Below are positions 1 to 11,900 of a DNA stretch of 64,000 bases, one piece after another. How positions within the stretch are numbered: the first letter of the stretch is position 1; every line of letters begins with the position of its first letter. Under the pieces are notes generated by a model. The model ran no database searches. It saw nothing but the letters and a program-made list of their open reading frames with translations, and was not told the origin of the DNA. This stretch comes from Callorhinchus milii (lineage: Eukaryota): positions 7,814,001-7,878,000 of the forward strand of contig NW_024704743.1 of assembly GCF_018977255.1 (NCBI RefSeq), given 5' to 3'. The translations under genes were made by a program, and so were the position numbers.

Positions 1-69
1 CCTCTGGTTCTACTGTTCAGTACAATATAAAACAGCTTGTCATGGTCTATATTATCTATTCCCTCAGAA

Positions 70-292
70 TCTTAAAGCCTGCGATCATATCGCCCTTCGA
101 CCTTCTCTTCTCCAGTGTGAACATTCCCAGTTTATCTAATCGCTCCTCGTAGTCCAGTCCCTCCATCCCCTCAAATCATTTTGGTTGCCCTCCTCTGTAT
201 CCTCTCAATCACTGCAAAGTCCTTTTTATGTTGCGGTGACCAGAACTACACACAGTATTCCAAGTGCGGTCGCACCAGTGATTTATAAAGTG
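70..292 (-). mobile_element. CR1-clade LINE 3' fragment
   Basis: Minus strand reads [23 protein letters not shown], typical of the CR1 ORF2 C-terminal region. Confidence 0.8.
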
Positions 293-596
293 GCAGATTA
301 CCCCACTATTTCTGATCTCCAATAATGCGGTGAAGGCGGGGGGTTGGGTGGGAAGAGAGAGAATGCAATCATAAGGTTAGCAAAAGAGTCTATGTTATGT
401 CCTTAATGATGATTTTGAGGATGAATTCTCTTTCCCTCCTCTATCCTTCTCTTCCCCCACACTCAAAATTTGGAGAATATGTTTCTACTTCCAGACCATT
501 TAGAATAATAACAATATGAAGTATTTTTGTTGAAGCTATTGGAAGGTCACGTCACAGATGATAATCAATGTGTATGTTACTGCAGTCAACGTTTAA

Positions 597-767
<171 letters not shown>

Positions 768-1773
768 TAGCCCCAGACAACGATTTTAGTGGATCAGTAA
801 AGAGTTCTTCCCTGCATTGTGTTCAGTGGTAGTAACATGTTTCATGTTTGGATCATGTGCAGGCACTTCAGAATGATGAGGGAATGATATTGTTTGGATA
901 TTATAACTTGGATTTCTGAAAGTTTAAAGACATTGTGTTATTTTAAAATGCACAAGATGGTACACTTACCTACTTCAGATAACATGATTAAATGCCATTT
1001 GAGATCATAACCTTTAGTTTGTTGTCATAAGGCGGCAAGTAGGAAAATATAGGTGGTCATCAGATTACCGACCAGACTTAATTGAGGGATGAGACATTCC
1101 TTGGTTCAATACCAACCCAATTACTGATCAATTGGCCAATTTTGATTATCTTTCCCCTGCCCACCCTCTGCGGCTCCCACTTCCAGCTTGGGTGCCTCAC
1201 CAGGAGTGTTGAGCCCTTTGAGGTGCCTCTCGTTGTGAAATACACTATGGAAATATTATTTATAATGTAATTAGACTATGCTAACCTCCTACAATCTCCA
1301 TTACCTTCTTTGCAATCATGAATGCTGATCTGACCATTTTGGCCATTGTGCAATGGTGTGTGTATTAAACATTATCTTGATCTACACTGGTTATAGGTAA
1401 AGTGACAAACTGGGACTGTTTTCCATTAAACAACAGGTCAGGCTCAATGCTCAACCTGATGTAGTTGTTTTCCTTTCTCTTAAATGTAATGTAAGTATGA
1501 TCACTGATGTAAGTCTAAGTCAAATGCCCTGGGACGCTATCCTGCGTGAGGGGGCTATAAAATGTGCAAGTTGTTGTTATTGTTGTAAGTACAGTTTGCA
1601 ATTTACCAGTATCATATATATTATAGAGTCAAAATATGTTAGTCAAAATTCTACCTGGTCTCGGTCCTGTTTGTCAGATTGCTGGATTCTTCCAAAATCT
1701 CAGCAGCAGGAGGTAGACCTGTATATTTTGCTGGTGAGAACAAATACTGAACATGAAGTTTTTTTTATTGCAG

Positions 1774-1929
1774 ATCCTGGGAAATTTAACTTCACTCCTC
1801 GACTCTTTATTCTGAGTAGTTCATCCGGAGAGTTTGTTGCCACCGAGTACCTGTATCCTTCCCGAGATTCGGCCAAGGTCAACTCAATGCCGTTTTTGCA
1901 AGAGGATCTATACACGGCCCAACAGCCAG
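1774..1929 (+). CDS. SVIL: Supervillin coding exon
   Basis: ttttattgcag|AT CCT...CCA G|gtcagt; [52 protein letters not shown]; 156 nt. Confidence 0.96.
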
Positions 1930-2282
1930 GTCAGTTTTCTTTTTCTTTTTCTTTTCAACACTTACATAGTGAGTAAATCACAGAGTGAGTTATGTAGACT
2001 ATTAGCAAACACAGTGCAAGTTGTGCTGATTTTATTTGGCTGTTTTTCAAAAGTCGTGTGGCTGGTTGGGAACTCTTTTGGCGGTTTCTGAGGATAAGTA
2101 TAGACTGAGATTAACCGTGGTACGCAATGTTCCTGAGTTCCTGGGACAGGAAGGGAGGGAGGAATGTCTGTGGAGGGCAGGTATCCAGCGTGGAATAGTG
2201 GAGATGTTTGCTTGATTACCTTTGACGATCAGGAGTTAGTTGCATGTCCAGAATATTCCCTCAGGAGATCAAATTAATAAAT

Positions 2283-2565
2283 AGTCCTTGCATTTGATAT
2301 AGCGCCTTTAACGTCTCAAAGCACTTCATAAGGTTCACTGTAAATCGGAGAGACTGTGCGTTTTTGTAGTTGAACATGGCAGACAATTTCTGCACAACAA
2401 TGTCCCATAAACAGCCGTGAAGTGAATGACCAATATTATGTTTAGGCATTATTGGTCAGGATACCAGAAAAATTCCCTTCGCTTTTCAAATCGTGCCATG
2501 GGTTCTTTGATGCTCAAGTGAACAGACAGACAGGACCTCGGTTTAATGTCTCATTCAAAGGCAGA
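2283..2565 (-). mobile_element. Deu-domain SINE fragment
   Basis: Reverse complement carries GAGACATTAAACCGAGGTCC...AAAGAACCCATGGCAC core and shared GCGCTATATCAAATGCAAGG tail. Confidence 0.7.
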
Positions 2566-2671
2566 TGAAATTGGTGACGTGGAGCCCGTGACTGTATATG
2601 CTATATGGAAGGAACAAGATGGGCCTTTGCTGTGCCTCTGCTTGTTCCATACTTTCTTTAATTCTTAATTT

Positions 2672-3015
2672 GGAGTCCCATAGTGTAGTGGTTGGAGCAC
2701 TCACTTTGCAAGCAAGAGGACCGGGCTTTGTTTCCTGAGCAGGGCAAAACCTTGGGCAAGTTGCCTTACTCCAAAAGCCTCTGTTTACCTCACAGTAAGC
2801 AGGAACCCGGTTGTTAGTTGATTGGTGGATCACTTTCTGGAGGTAATAATCCCTCCAAGAAAAAAAATGTGGTCAGTCAATCCACGTTTGTTTGTGGGAA
2901 CACTGCTGTGCGCAATTGGCTGCCGTTTTATACAGTCATTCGACTTAACAATATATTCTGTGAAGCACAAAGACGTGATAAGGCTCTGTATCAAATGCAA
3001 GAACTATTAGTATTA
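2672..3015 (+). mobile_element. tRNA-Ala-derived SINE, long form
   Basis: Degenerate tRNA head, AAACCTTGGGCAAGTT body and ATCAAATGCAAG tail shared with many copies in window. Confidence 0.8.
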
Positions 3016-4177
3016 ATGTGAGGACATCCAGGTAGCTCAGTGAGTTGTTAAGCAGATAAGCACAAGCCCCTGAACTTAAGACCAGTAAAATGACAACCAC
3101 ATCTAAAATTATTAGGTTGGGGGAGGGGGAGAGAAGATGAGCAGATCCCCTGGCAGACGTGAAGGTGTAGACCTCCCCGATGGTACATTGACCTTAGCTG
3201 TACAAGTACAGTGCTGCACACTCACCCCACTCCCCCCACCCCATTAATTGATATACGGTTTTCTATAAAATACAGTCATTACACTTACAGTAAACCCTGT
3301 AAAGTGGCCTTGAGATGTACTCCTGACGTGAGTGGCCCTATATCAAAATGCAAGGATTATTATTATAAAACAGCTCGTATTGAGTGCTCCTGATTGTCAT
3401 AATGTTAGCTAATTACATTTAATGATTTTGCGCTACTCTCAGTAATTCTGTAGGTTGGATCAAATTTTGGCCCAAAAGGACTAGCTAAAAGATATTGAAC
3501 ACTGGCTGCATCAGTATTGCAGCACTGTTAGCAGCTTTAATCAATGGAGTACTGTAAATAATTAGTTTAGTTTGATTTTATAATCTTTTCTCACAATTGT
3601 ACTTGTTAACTGAATTGCAATGGATGTTAAAATTGAGCATTAATTTTAAAGGTTGTGTGAACATGAGCTCGGAAGTTAACCACAGTAAATTCGGTGAAAC
3701 TTGCAACCAGTTTAAATCGAACCCCATCTAGTTTCAAGTGAACTAAAGTAAAATTGGTCAGATTTCACAATTTTGTAATTCTCTTCTATAAGATCTAAAG
3801 GTGATTATGGTAAGTAGAACTATAAAAACTGTTAACTCATTGCTTGAAGCACTTTTAAGATGCCTCGAATCAGCGTGATAAGCCTTCACATCAAATGTAG
3901 ACAGTATTACAATACTGAAGTTATCATTGTAGTGGATGGAATTGCCACCCAGTCTGGAGGTATACAAATATTTTCTAAAGAAATGTGGTCCTCTGTTATT
4001 TCATTGATTCCCAACCTAGAGATTCAGCAGGTTTGTATTCCTTTTGGAGATTATGAATTCATAACTCGTATGTGAGTTGAAACTTGCCACTAATTGTTTA
4101 AGAGCAACTTTAAACTTTGGCTTAAAGAGTTCAGCAGTACTTACAGTGTGTGCATTGTCTGTCTTGTTAACATACAG

Positions 4178-4321
4178 CTTTGTTCTTGGTGGACAATCAC
4201 CACGAGGTGTACCTTTGGCAGGGCTGGTGGCCCACAGAAAATGAAATTGCAGGGTCCGCTCGCATACGCTGGGACATTGACCGCAAATGTGCAATGGAGA
4301 CAGTACTACAGTACTGCAGAG
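4178..4321 (+). CDS. SVIL: Supervillin coding exon (gelsolin repeat)
   Basis: catacag|CT TTG...AGA G|gtacca; [48 protein letters not shown]; 144 nt. Confidence 0.96.
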
Positions 4322-5809
4322 GTACCACAATATGTGTTTCTATTACTTTGGAATGTGTTTTTCAATTAAAATCCAACTACAGAATTTGAGCAAATGTCTT
4401 GTGATCTGATATTGTGGTGATGTGCAGTGGAATCCCTCTGATATATGGGCTGTCCCGCTTAATTGAGTGGAGCAAGCAGTGGTGTTGGAGAGCAGGCCTG
4501 GCTGTTATGGTGAGAGATGAGATTTATTTATTTCTGGGATCTCTGATGAGAATAACAGCTGTACAAATGGCAGACTGCTCACATGCCTGTCCCTGTACGT
4601 TTGGAAGTGCTTACTTGTGTTCCGCCCCATTTCTATTCACTGGTTGTTGAGAGCAATCTTTGCAGACATATAAGCAGTTGCGTACTGCTTGTCTGACATA
4701 TTAGCAAAAGTACCGAATACGCAACAGTACTGAGTGAAAAGGTCATTATTCAGGGTTGGGGAGAGTTTGGGATTAAAGGGACGGCCTTGGGATTGAGGAC
4801 TGATGACTGATTTGAGTTACATCTATATTTATATATATCTGTTGAACCTTTACTGTTAAGCGAAAGATTGTTTATACTACTAATAAAAACAATAATAATA
4901 CTGTTTCTGGTTGTACAATTATATAATTGACTTTTAATTAGATTTTTCAGAAAGTGAACGGTTAACATCAACAAGAAAGATAATCCCTGACCCGCCCTCT
5001 TGTTTTCCTGACCCAACTCCTTGCTGTTGCTTTTGTACAGCTCCCTATACCTTCACATGACCATCTTGTACTCCACATCAATGTCAGTTCAATTGCCCTC
5101 ATCTGTGTCCATGCTGTCAACGTTAAGCCTCCTACAGAAGTAGGAGGAGACGACTTTCAGTCCCTGTGTCACACATTATAAATATAGAGACTGCAGGTGA
5201 CTTTCAGGCTGTGCCTCAACCTCCATTTTCTGCCGACATTTGTAGATTGGGCTTTTGTTTAATGTCTTTTATGTCGACTGCTCAGCTGACTTGCAATCTT
5301 GAAATTCTTGCCATCTGTCTCACATCCTGTATTTATAGTGTTGCAGCAGGCTGTTAAAATAACAAATGTTCTGGAGCGCGTTCCCAAGTGACGTATAAGT
5401 GCAATGAAATGTGTGCCACTGGACAAAAACCTTGGTTTTAATGGGGTTATCATTCTTTTTTTGCAAACTTTTTCCCCTTGTCCTTGTTTTCTGTTGTAAT
5501 CTGACTCTGTGGGATTCAGATCCATTCTGGGGGAAGAAGAGGCCAATTATTGTGTCACCAGGCTAATGAACCGGTGGGGGGAGGGGGGGTTCACAGAAAC
5601 TTTCCAGTAGATAGTGAGGGCCCTGACTAATTTATTCTGTTTCCTTTGAGCCAAACCCCTGAGGTCATTGTTGCGACCTCAAGACTGTCTCATTTGAGAT
5701 CTGGTAACTCAGCTGAGAGCAAGAAACAGACTTGGGACCTTATGCATAGCTTAGCTCTACTTGAGGAGGTGCTCTTGTGTGTCGGTCTGATTCATTTGGT
5801 AGCTGATTC

Positions 5810-6340
5810 TTTAAGTCAGAAACTTGTGGGTCGGGACTTGAAATTCATATAGTCTAAGATGACATTCCAATGCAGTGCTGCATAGTCGGAGGTGACGTCC
5901 TTGGGATAAGACGTTAGACCATCTGCCTGGTCAGATGAACATTAAAGATCCCATGGCACCGTTCGAAAAAGTGAAGGGAGTTTCACCTGGTGTCCTGGCC
6001 AACATTCCCCTAAATAAAATTGGTCACTCACTCCATGGCTGTTTGTGAGACACTGCCGTGCACAACTGGCTGCCACGTTTGCCCGCAGAATATACAGTCA
6101 AAACTTTATAGTATATCCTGTGAAGAACTTTGAGATGCCTTGATAAGGCGCTGTATCAGATGGGAGAATTATTATATTATTATTATGACTGTTTGTAGGA
6201 TGTTGCTGAGCGCAAATTGGCTGCCACGTTCGCCCACAAAACACACACTGCGCTTCACGGAATATCCTGCAAAGCACTTAGATGTCCTCCTGACATGACA
6301 GGTGCTACACCAAATTGAAGGATCATTTTTATTATTATTA
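5810..6340 (+). mobile_element. Deu-domain SINE plus second SINE tail
   Basis: GACGTTAGACC...AAAGATCCCATGGCAC core; two consecutive tails ending in (TTA)n. Confidence 0.7.
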
Positions 6341-6554
6341 TTTACTCACTAGTCTACCCAAGAATCACATATTGAACTTGAGTAAAATAGTTTAAAATCT
6401 TGTATTAGCAGGTATTCACTTGGGTAGAAATGGTCTATTGATAGTTTTGAAAGGATTTTGACTGTGTAAACCCTGTAAAGCTCTGCTAAAAGCTGCGAAG
6501 CTGGTCCTCAACACTTATTAATGCATCTTCATTTCTTACTGTTTTGTCCCTCAG

Positions 6555-6673
6555 AAAAGAACAAGAAGCCACCAAAGTCCTATCTGATCCATGCTGGTCT
6601 TGAACCGCTGACATTTACCAATATGTTTCCCAGTTGGGAGCACAGGGAAGATGTTGCAGAGATCACAGAAAAG
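6555..6673 (+). CDS. SVIL: Supervillin coding exon
   Basis: ttttgtccctcag|AA AAG...GAA AAG|gtgtga; [40 protein letters not shown]; 119 nt. Confidence 0.95.
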
Positions 6674-7088
6674 GTGTGAGCTCTACTAATATAATGGCAT
6701 TCTCTCTCTTTAAAATGCATATTGCTTTACTCGTTTTCCACCATTCCTCCGTTCAGCTAACTCGTTCCTGCTGCGCAACCCCCATCCTCTCCACACCACA
6801 ATCGGTGGTTATACCTTCAGCTTGTACATCACTGGAACTTTCTCCATCTACCACTCTGTCACCCCCTCTCTTTGTGTCCAAGTCCTGTCTCAAATCCTAT
6901 CTCTTTGAATGCGCTTATAGCCACCCACCCCCTCTCTCATGCTCAGCGTCCAAACCCATACCTGTAAAGCACTCCGAGATGTTACCCTCCTTAACTCGCT
7001 CTATATAATTACAAGATGTTGTTGTAATTCTCAGTGTGTTACCTGGGTTGCTTCAATCTATTTCCCCCCCACCCCTCTCTGTCTCCAG

Positions 7089-7244
7089 GAAGCTGAAGTT
7101 TGTAATAAAATAATCCTGGTGGAGGATGTGTTGGACAAGCTGTGTAAAACTCAGTATCCCCTGGAGGAGCTGCAAGCACGACCCCTGCCCGAGGGAGTTG
7201 ATCCACTAAAGCTTGAAATTTATCTGACTGATGAAGACTTTGAG
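7089..7244 (+). CDS. SVIL: Supervillin coding exon (linker and N-terminal part of villin-type headpiece)
   Basis: ctctgtctccag|GAA GCT...TTT GAG|gtacat; [52 protein letters not shown]; 156 nt. Confidence 0.96.
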
Positions 7245-8634
7245 GTACATCAGAATTGTTGCTGAAAGTGTATTTTGCGCTTGTCTTCCTGAGGCACGAT
7301 CAGGGCTCATAAACCCTGTTTATTTTAAAAATTGGATTATGATAGTAAACCATTTCTCCCATTTTATAAGAAGCCTCACTTTCCACCTCCCACTCACTGC
7401 CGCCCACCCCCCCAACAAATCCCAGGACACTAGGAGAAACTCAAGTATTACAACAACAGCAACTTGCATTTATATAGCGCCCTTCACACATGGGAGAGCC
7501 GAGCTGGGGGAGTGGGGCTGACCTTAGGCATGGTTGAAGAGGAAGGACTTTGGACACAACCTGAAGATCTAGAAGGAAAGGGCAAGGCGGAGAGATAGAG
7601 GAAGAGTGTTTCAGAGTTACAGGCGTGGTGGCCACCGATGGTGGAACTGAGGGCACGAGGGACATGAAGGAGGCCAGAGCCACAGAGCGGAGGCAGCGGG
7701 TAGTGTTAGTATTAAAGTATTGATGTGATTTTTAAATCTCTGTTTCGAGTCCCAGATGAAGGAAGGCACCTCCAACAATGCATCTCATCCCCAGCACTAC
7801 ATTAGTGTCAAGCTGCGCGACGTGAGGTCAAAGTCCTGATGGGCTTCAACCCACAACCTTCTGACTCAGAGGCGAGAGCGCTATCTGCTATCAACCAAAC
7901 CAGGCTGACAACAAATAATGCTGGCATTTAATATGGATTCAACCTATTGCAGCTAATGCATTTTAAAAAGACAACCATACATTGGAAACTGGTCTGCTTG
8001 TAGAGCGTGAGAATTGTATTGCGGAACACGTTCTCCAGATGACTATACCTGATAGAGATCAAACTCTGCAGATATTGTGCTGCTTGAATGTTCCTTGTGT
8101 TTGTTTACTATATTAAATGCCGTCTGTGAGCCATGGGACTTGAACCATTTCCTGTGAAATGTGCGTGAGGTAAAAGGATTAGATTTACAGATGTTTGCAG
8201 GAGTTTTAACAGAAGATGCACTTTTCTCATAAAAATCTCTACCTGTATATCCTTGTGAAGCCCATAATGTTTTCCCAATAACTCTCAAGATAGTTTGGCA
8301 GTACAAATTAATGCACATTATATTCCTGTCGCTCTTACAGTTCCAGATTGTAGCCTTCAACTTCTTGACACAGACATTTGAACGAAGCCAAAAAAATACA
8401 ATTCCCATAAACCAGCAGTCAACACAATGAGATGAAGGTTTGGTACCGTACGCTTGGTTTTGCAGGCATCGCCTTTAAAAACAGCACCAGGGGCTCTTTA
8501 AGAACTTTTACGTGCTCTAAGATGCGAGTGTATCTGTAGCCCACAACATAAATGCTAAGTTGCTGTTGTTTCAGCTCTTTGGAACATCCTCCTGAAAGGC
8601 GCTATCCCTGAAATTATTTTAACCAGGATTTCGC

Positions 8635-9258
8635 AAAATCCCTGAAATGTTCAGTAAAATTATGACGCCATGAAATCACTGAAATTTGGAGTCAGGATTT
8701 TTGGGAAAGAGTGATCCCAGCAGTGGACAGGGATAGAAGGGGTCCCAGGAACATCCTTGGTGTTATCATTAATAGAGATTTAGACACTCAACAGTCAGTA
8801 CAGTACAGCAGTGAAGGCCGGCATCCTCAGGGGTCATGATTGCAAGAACCGATTTGACCTCTGCCCACAGTGATTGTTAACAGAGAGCTGTGGCAACCAG
8901 GTCACTGCACAGTCTGTTTGTGGTGGACAAGGCTTTACGAAGTGTAACTGCAGTCAGAGGAAATGTAAGGCCAACCGTTGTAAATGCTTCAAAGCAAAGC
9001 TAAAATGTGACTTTAAGTGTCATGGAAGCCTCACTTGTGTTAATAAATGAACATCAGTGAATGAAATGTCACATGAAGTTGACAGTGAATAAAATATTAA
9101 TTTTCGCAATGAGTGATTTATTTGTTGCTGATGCTAACAAGTGTCAAGGCGAGATTATCAATAAGATGAAATGATCACTTTTTCACAAAATCCCCAACTC
9201 CTAATTTCATGGTTTCACAATTTTGCTGATAATTTCAGGGATTTCATGGGATTTCACA
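8635..9258 (+). mobile_element. Non-autonomous Ginger2/TDD-like DNA transposon relic (KRBA2/SCAND3-type integrase C-terminus) with ~80-bp imperfect TIRs
   Basis: Inverted termini 8635-8716 and 9173-9258; internal decayed coding VIPAVDRDRRGPRNILGVIINRDLD...AVKAGILRGHDCKNRFDLCPQ and GGQGFTKCNCSQRKCKANRCKCFKAKLKCDFKCHGSLTCVNK*; right end ACA. Confidence 0.75.
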
Positions 9259-9869
9259 CACATCCATACACGCTGTTGTTGAGGTGTGCTGTCTTTGTCT
9301 TGCCATCTCTCCTTGACCTCATGGTTATGGTCTGAAGAGTTGTGGTCTGAAATGGGTCTCTTACCATTATAGCACAGAGGATTATAGTGTCCCACCTGAA
9401 GACTGTTATTCTGTACTTTGATAAATGCTTTACCTGCTCCTAGTTTTCAATGCGTTGCTAGTTCCCTCGCTGGATAGCATTAAAGTATTTGACCTTGATC
9501 TGGAGCTCCATTGGCCTAGTGAATTCAAGAAGATACAGTTTGAGACTTGTGAAGGCAAGTTACGACCGAGGCAAGAGCATATTTCTTTACTCAGGATAAT
9601 TACCGAGGCCAGGATACTTAAGAAATGCTTAATGCTGTAATGGGAGGATGATAGGGTGGGTATTCTGGAAGGATGAGACCAAATAAACTGAAGGGCCTTC
9701 TTCATTTCAACCAATCTTGTGGTAACAATAATAATACTTATGTTTTGTGTAGGGTCTTCCATGCTGGCTGGGAGGACATCTCATATCGCTTCACAGGATA
9801 CACTGTAAAGTGTAGTGACTGTGTAAATTTAATCATGACATTTTTTGAATTTGTGTTTTGCCTTTCTAG

Positions 9870-9956
9870 AAAGCGCTAGAAATGATGAGAGAAGAGTTTA
9901 ACGTCCTTCCTTCCTGGAAACAAGCCAAGCTGAAGAAAGCAAAGGGACTGTTCTGA
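9870..9956 (+). CDS. SVIL: Supervillin terminal coding exon (headpiece C-terminus and stop)
   Basis: ttttgcctttctag|AAA GCG...TTC TGA; KALEMMREEFNVLPSWKQAKLKKAKGLF*. Confidence 0.96.
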   Translation, partial: KALEMMREEFNVLPSWKQAKLKKAKGLF

Positions 9957-10754
9957 GTAGTTTGTAGACGGATGTTTGTTTTTTNCAAAACATGTGCTTA
10001 GTGTCGGAGCTTTCACCGAAGATCATTTTGACGTCCTTGGATCAGTCATGGATTGCATGGTTTGGTCAACAGACGGAACAAAATGTAGAAGCAAATTGCA
10101 CATTTTACGTTCGAGGCAGAGATGCCTTTTTTGGGGGGACGGGGGATCTTGTCTATTGTGCATGTTAAAGATAACTCTGTACTGATTTTCAACAGTCTTG
10201 ACATTCAGATTTACTGAGACGCTGCCATTGTATGCGTTTGACCCGAGTATGCACTTATGGGCAGCCGTTGTTACTCTGCCATATCCTGCCTATGTATCTG
10301 GAAGGCGATAGTTTTGTAAAGTGTTATTTTGTGTGTAGCAGATAGTAAAATCATGAAGAATTTATATTTATATTATACAATATGAAAAATGACTACAGTT
10401 TAACTACTAAATATTTAAATTGTTCATGCAATGTATTCACTTTAGGAGGTATTTTGTGTTAATCAGAGAATACAATAGCTAGGTGAATGGAAATTGTACC
10501 AAGACATGCCACAAATACCTTTCTTTTTTTTTCTTTGCATTCGTAAAATCAGGCTGTCAAGTCTCGAGCATGGTCTCCGTACTATTCGATACCGCCATTC
10601 AACTGTATTTATGGCATGGATTAATTGAGGAAAGAAAAACTGCGCAAATCAAGTTAACTTTTTACGTGAATCTATAAAATGTATAGTGCCTTGCTTTTGT
10701 GTACAGTTTATACTACAGAGCAGATGTCTGAATTTTGAAAGAAACAGGTGTTTT

Positions 10755-10760
10755 AATAAA
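10755..10760 (+). terminator. Candidate proximal polyadenylation signal AATAAA
   Basis: Canonical hexamer ~800 nt after SVIL stop. Confidence 0.5.
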
Positions 10761-10868
10761 AAGCCTCGTTCAATTAACTTGTTATAATGTAGAAGTTTGA
10801 ACACCTCTGTTTCTAATGCTAGTAAAATGCCTAACAAACTTCCTTTTTTTTGTGATACAATTTAGGAA

Positions 10869-10874
10869 AATAAA
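10869..10874 (+). terminator. Candidate distal polyadenylation signal AATAAA
   Basis: Canonical hexamer followed by TTTCTGTTTGTTTC downstream-element-like tract. Confidence 0.6.
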
Positions 10875-11129
10875 CATTGGAGAATAGATTCATATTTCTG
10901 TTTGTTTCTCTTACCAACTGCAAAAATTTACATTTATACAGAGCCTTTCATGTCACGCCGGGGGATATCTCAGAGCACTTCACAGGAACTGAGGAAGGTG
11001 TGGGTGGGGAAAGGTTTCCAAAAGCACAATCAAAAAGAAAGGTGTTAAGTCGGCCTCGTAAAAGTGGAGAGGGAGGGGGCGAGGCGGGTGCAGTTCTGCA
11101 GCTCAGGGGCAGACAGTTCACCCACTGAT

Positions 11130-11900
11130 GAGGGTGGGGGGGGTGCAGATTGGGCCGGGCATGAAGAAGGCCTTATATTACACAGCCTAGTTTTAGATTA
11201 CCTTTGCAACCCTATCACCTCAACCACTCATTGAGCTGAGGTGATAGGGGTTGCAAAGGTAATGTAAGGCTAGGCTGTGTAGGAATTTAAACATGAGGAT
11301 GAGGATCTTGAATTTGATCTGCTGGTGGATGGGAAGCCAGTGGAGCCGAGTGAGGATGGGTTTGGTATAGCGATTGGTGCAGGAGGGGACGCAGGCTACA
11401 GAGTTCTGTATGGCTGGCAGCTGGTGATAAGGGAGCTGGGAGTCAGGCAAGCAAGGTGTTTCAATACAATACAAATTACATTTGTAAAGTGCCTTTCACA
11501 TCAGGAGGACATCCCAAGACGCTGGACAGTCAAAGATTAGAACACAGGGTTGGGGGAGGAGTAGCGGTTGGGATCAGGGAGGTGGGTGGTGGAAAGCACA
11601 GTCGAGGAGGAGAGTCTTGAGGCGTGCATTGAAGGGGATAAGGGAGGGAGCGAGGCAAAGGGAATGTAGGATGGGAGTCCCAGAGTGTGGGGGAGTCCCA
11701 GATGGTGGGACAGGCCGGACGGGGGACATGGAGCAGGCCGGAGCCTGCTGAGCGGAGGAAGTGGACAGGTTAATAAGGGGTCAGAGGTTGGAGAGGTAGG
11801 AGGGAGCAAGGCCGTGGAGGGCCTTGAAGGTGAGGACTAGAATTTTGAACTCGATCCTCTGAGGGATGGGGAGCCAGGCGGGGCGGTGTGATGATAGGAA
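11130..11900 (-). mobile_element. Two L2 LINE 3' fragments
   Basis: Minus-strand peptide LTRLHWLPIHQQIKFKILILMFK and L2-type tail GGGATGTCCTCCTGATGTGAAAGGCAC. Confidence 0.8.
11179..11281. repeat. Near-perfect inverted repeat (44-45 bp arms, 14-nt spacer)
   Basis: TACACAGCCTAGTTTTAGATTACCTTTGCAACCCTATCACCTCA versus TGAGGTGATAGGGGTTGCAAAGGTAATGTAAGGCTAGGCTGTGTA. Confidence 0.92.

Larger units (their letters stand above)
9957..10895 (+). other. SVIL: SVIL 3' UTR (end approximate)
   Basis: Repeat-free AT-rich sequence after the stop codon; two AATAAA hexamers, then a T/GT-rich stretch before repeats resume near 10915. Confidence 0.7.

Noticed and set aside
9985..9985. Ambiguous base n (also 59869)
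   Set aside because: Assembly uncertainty at homopolymer runs, not biological.
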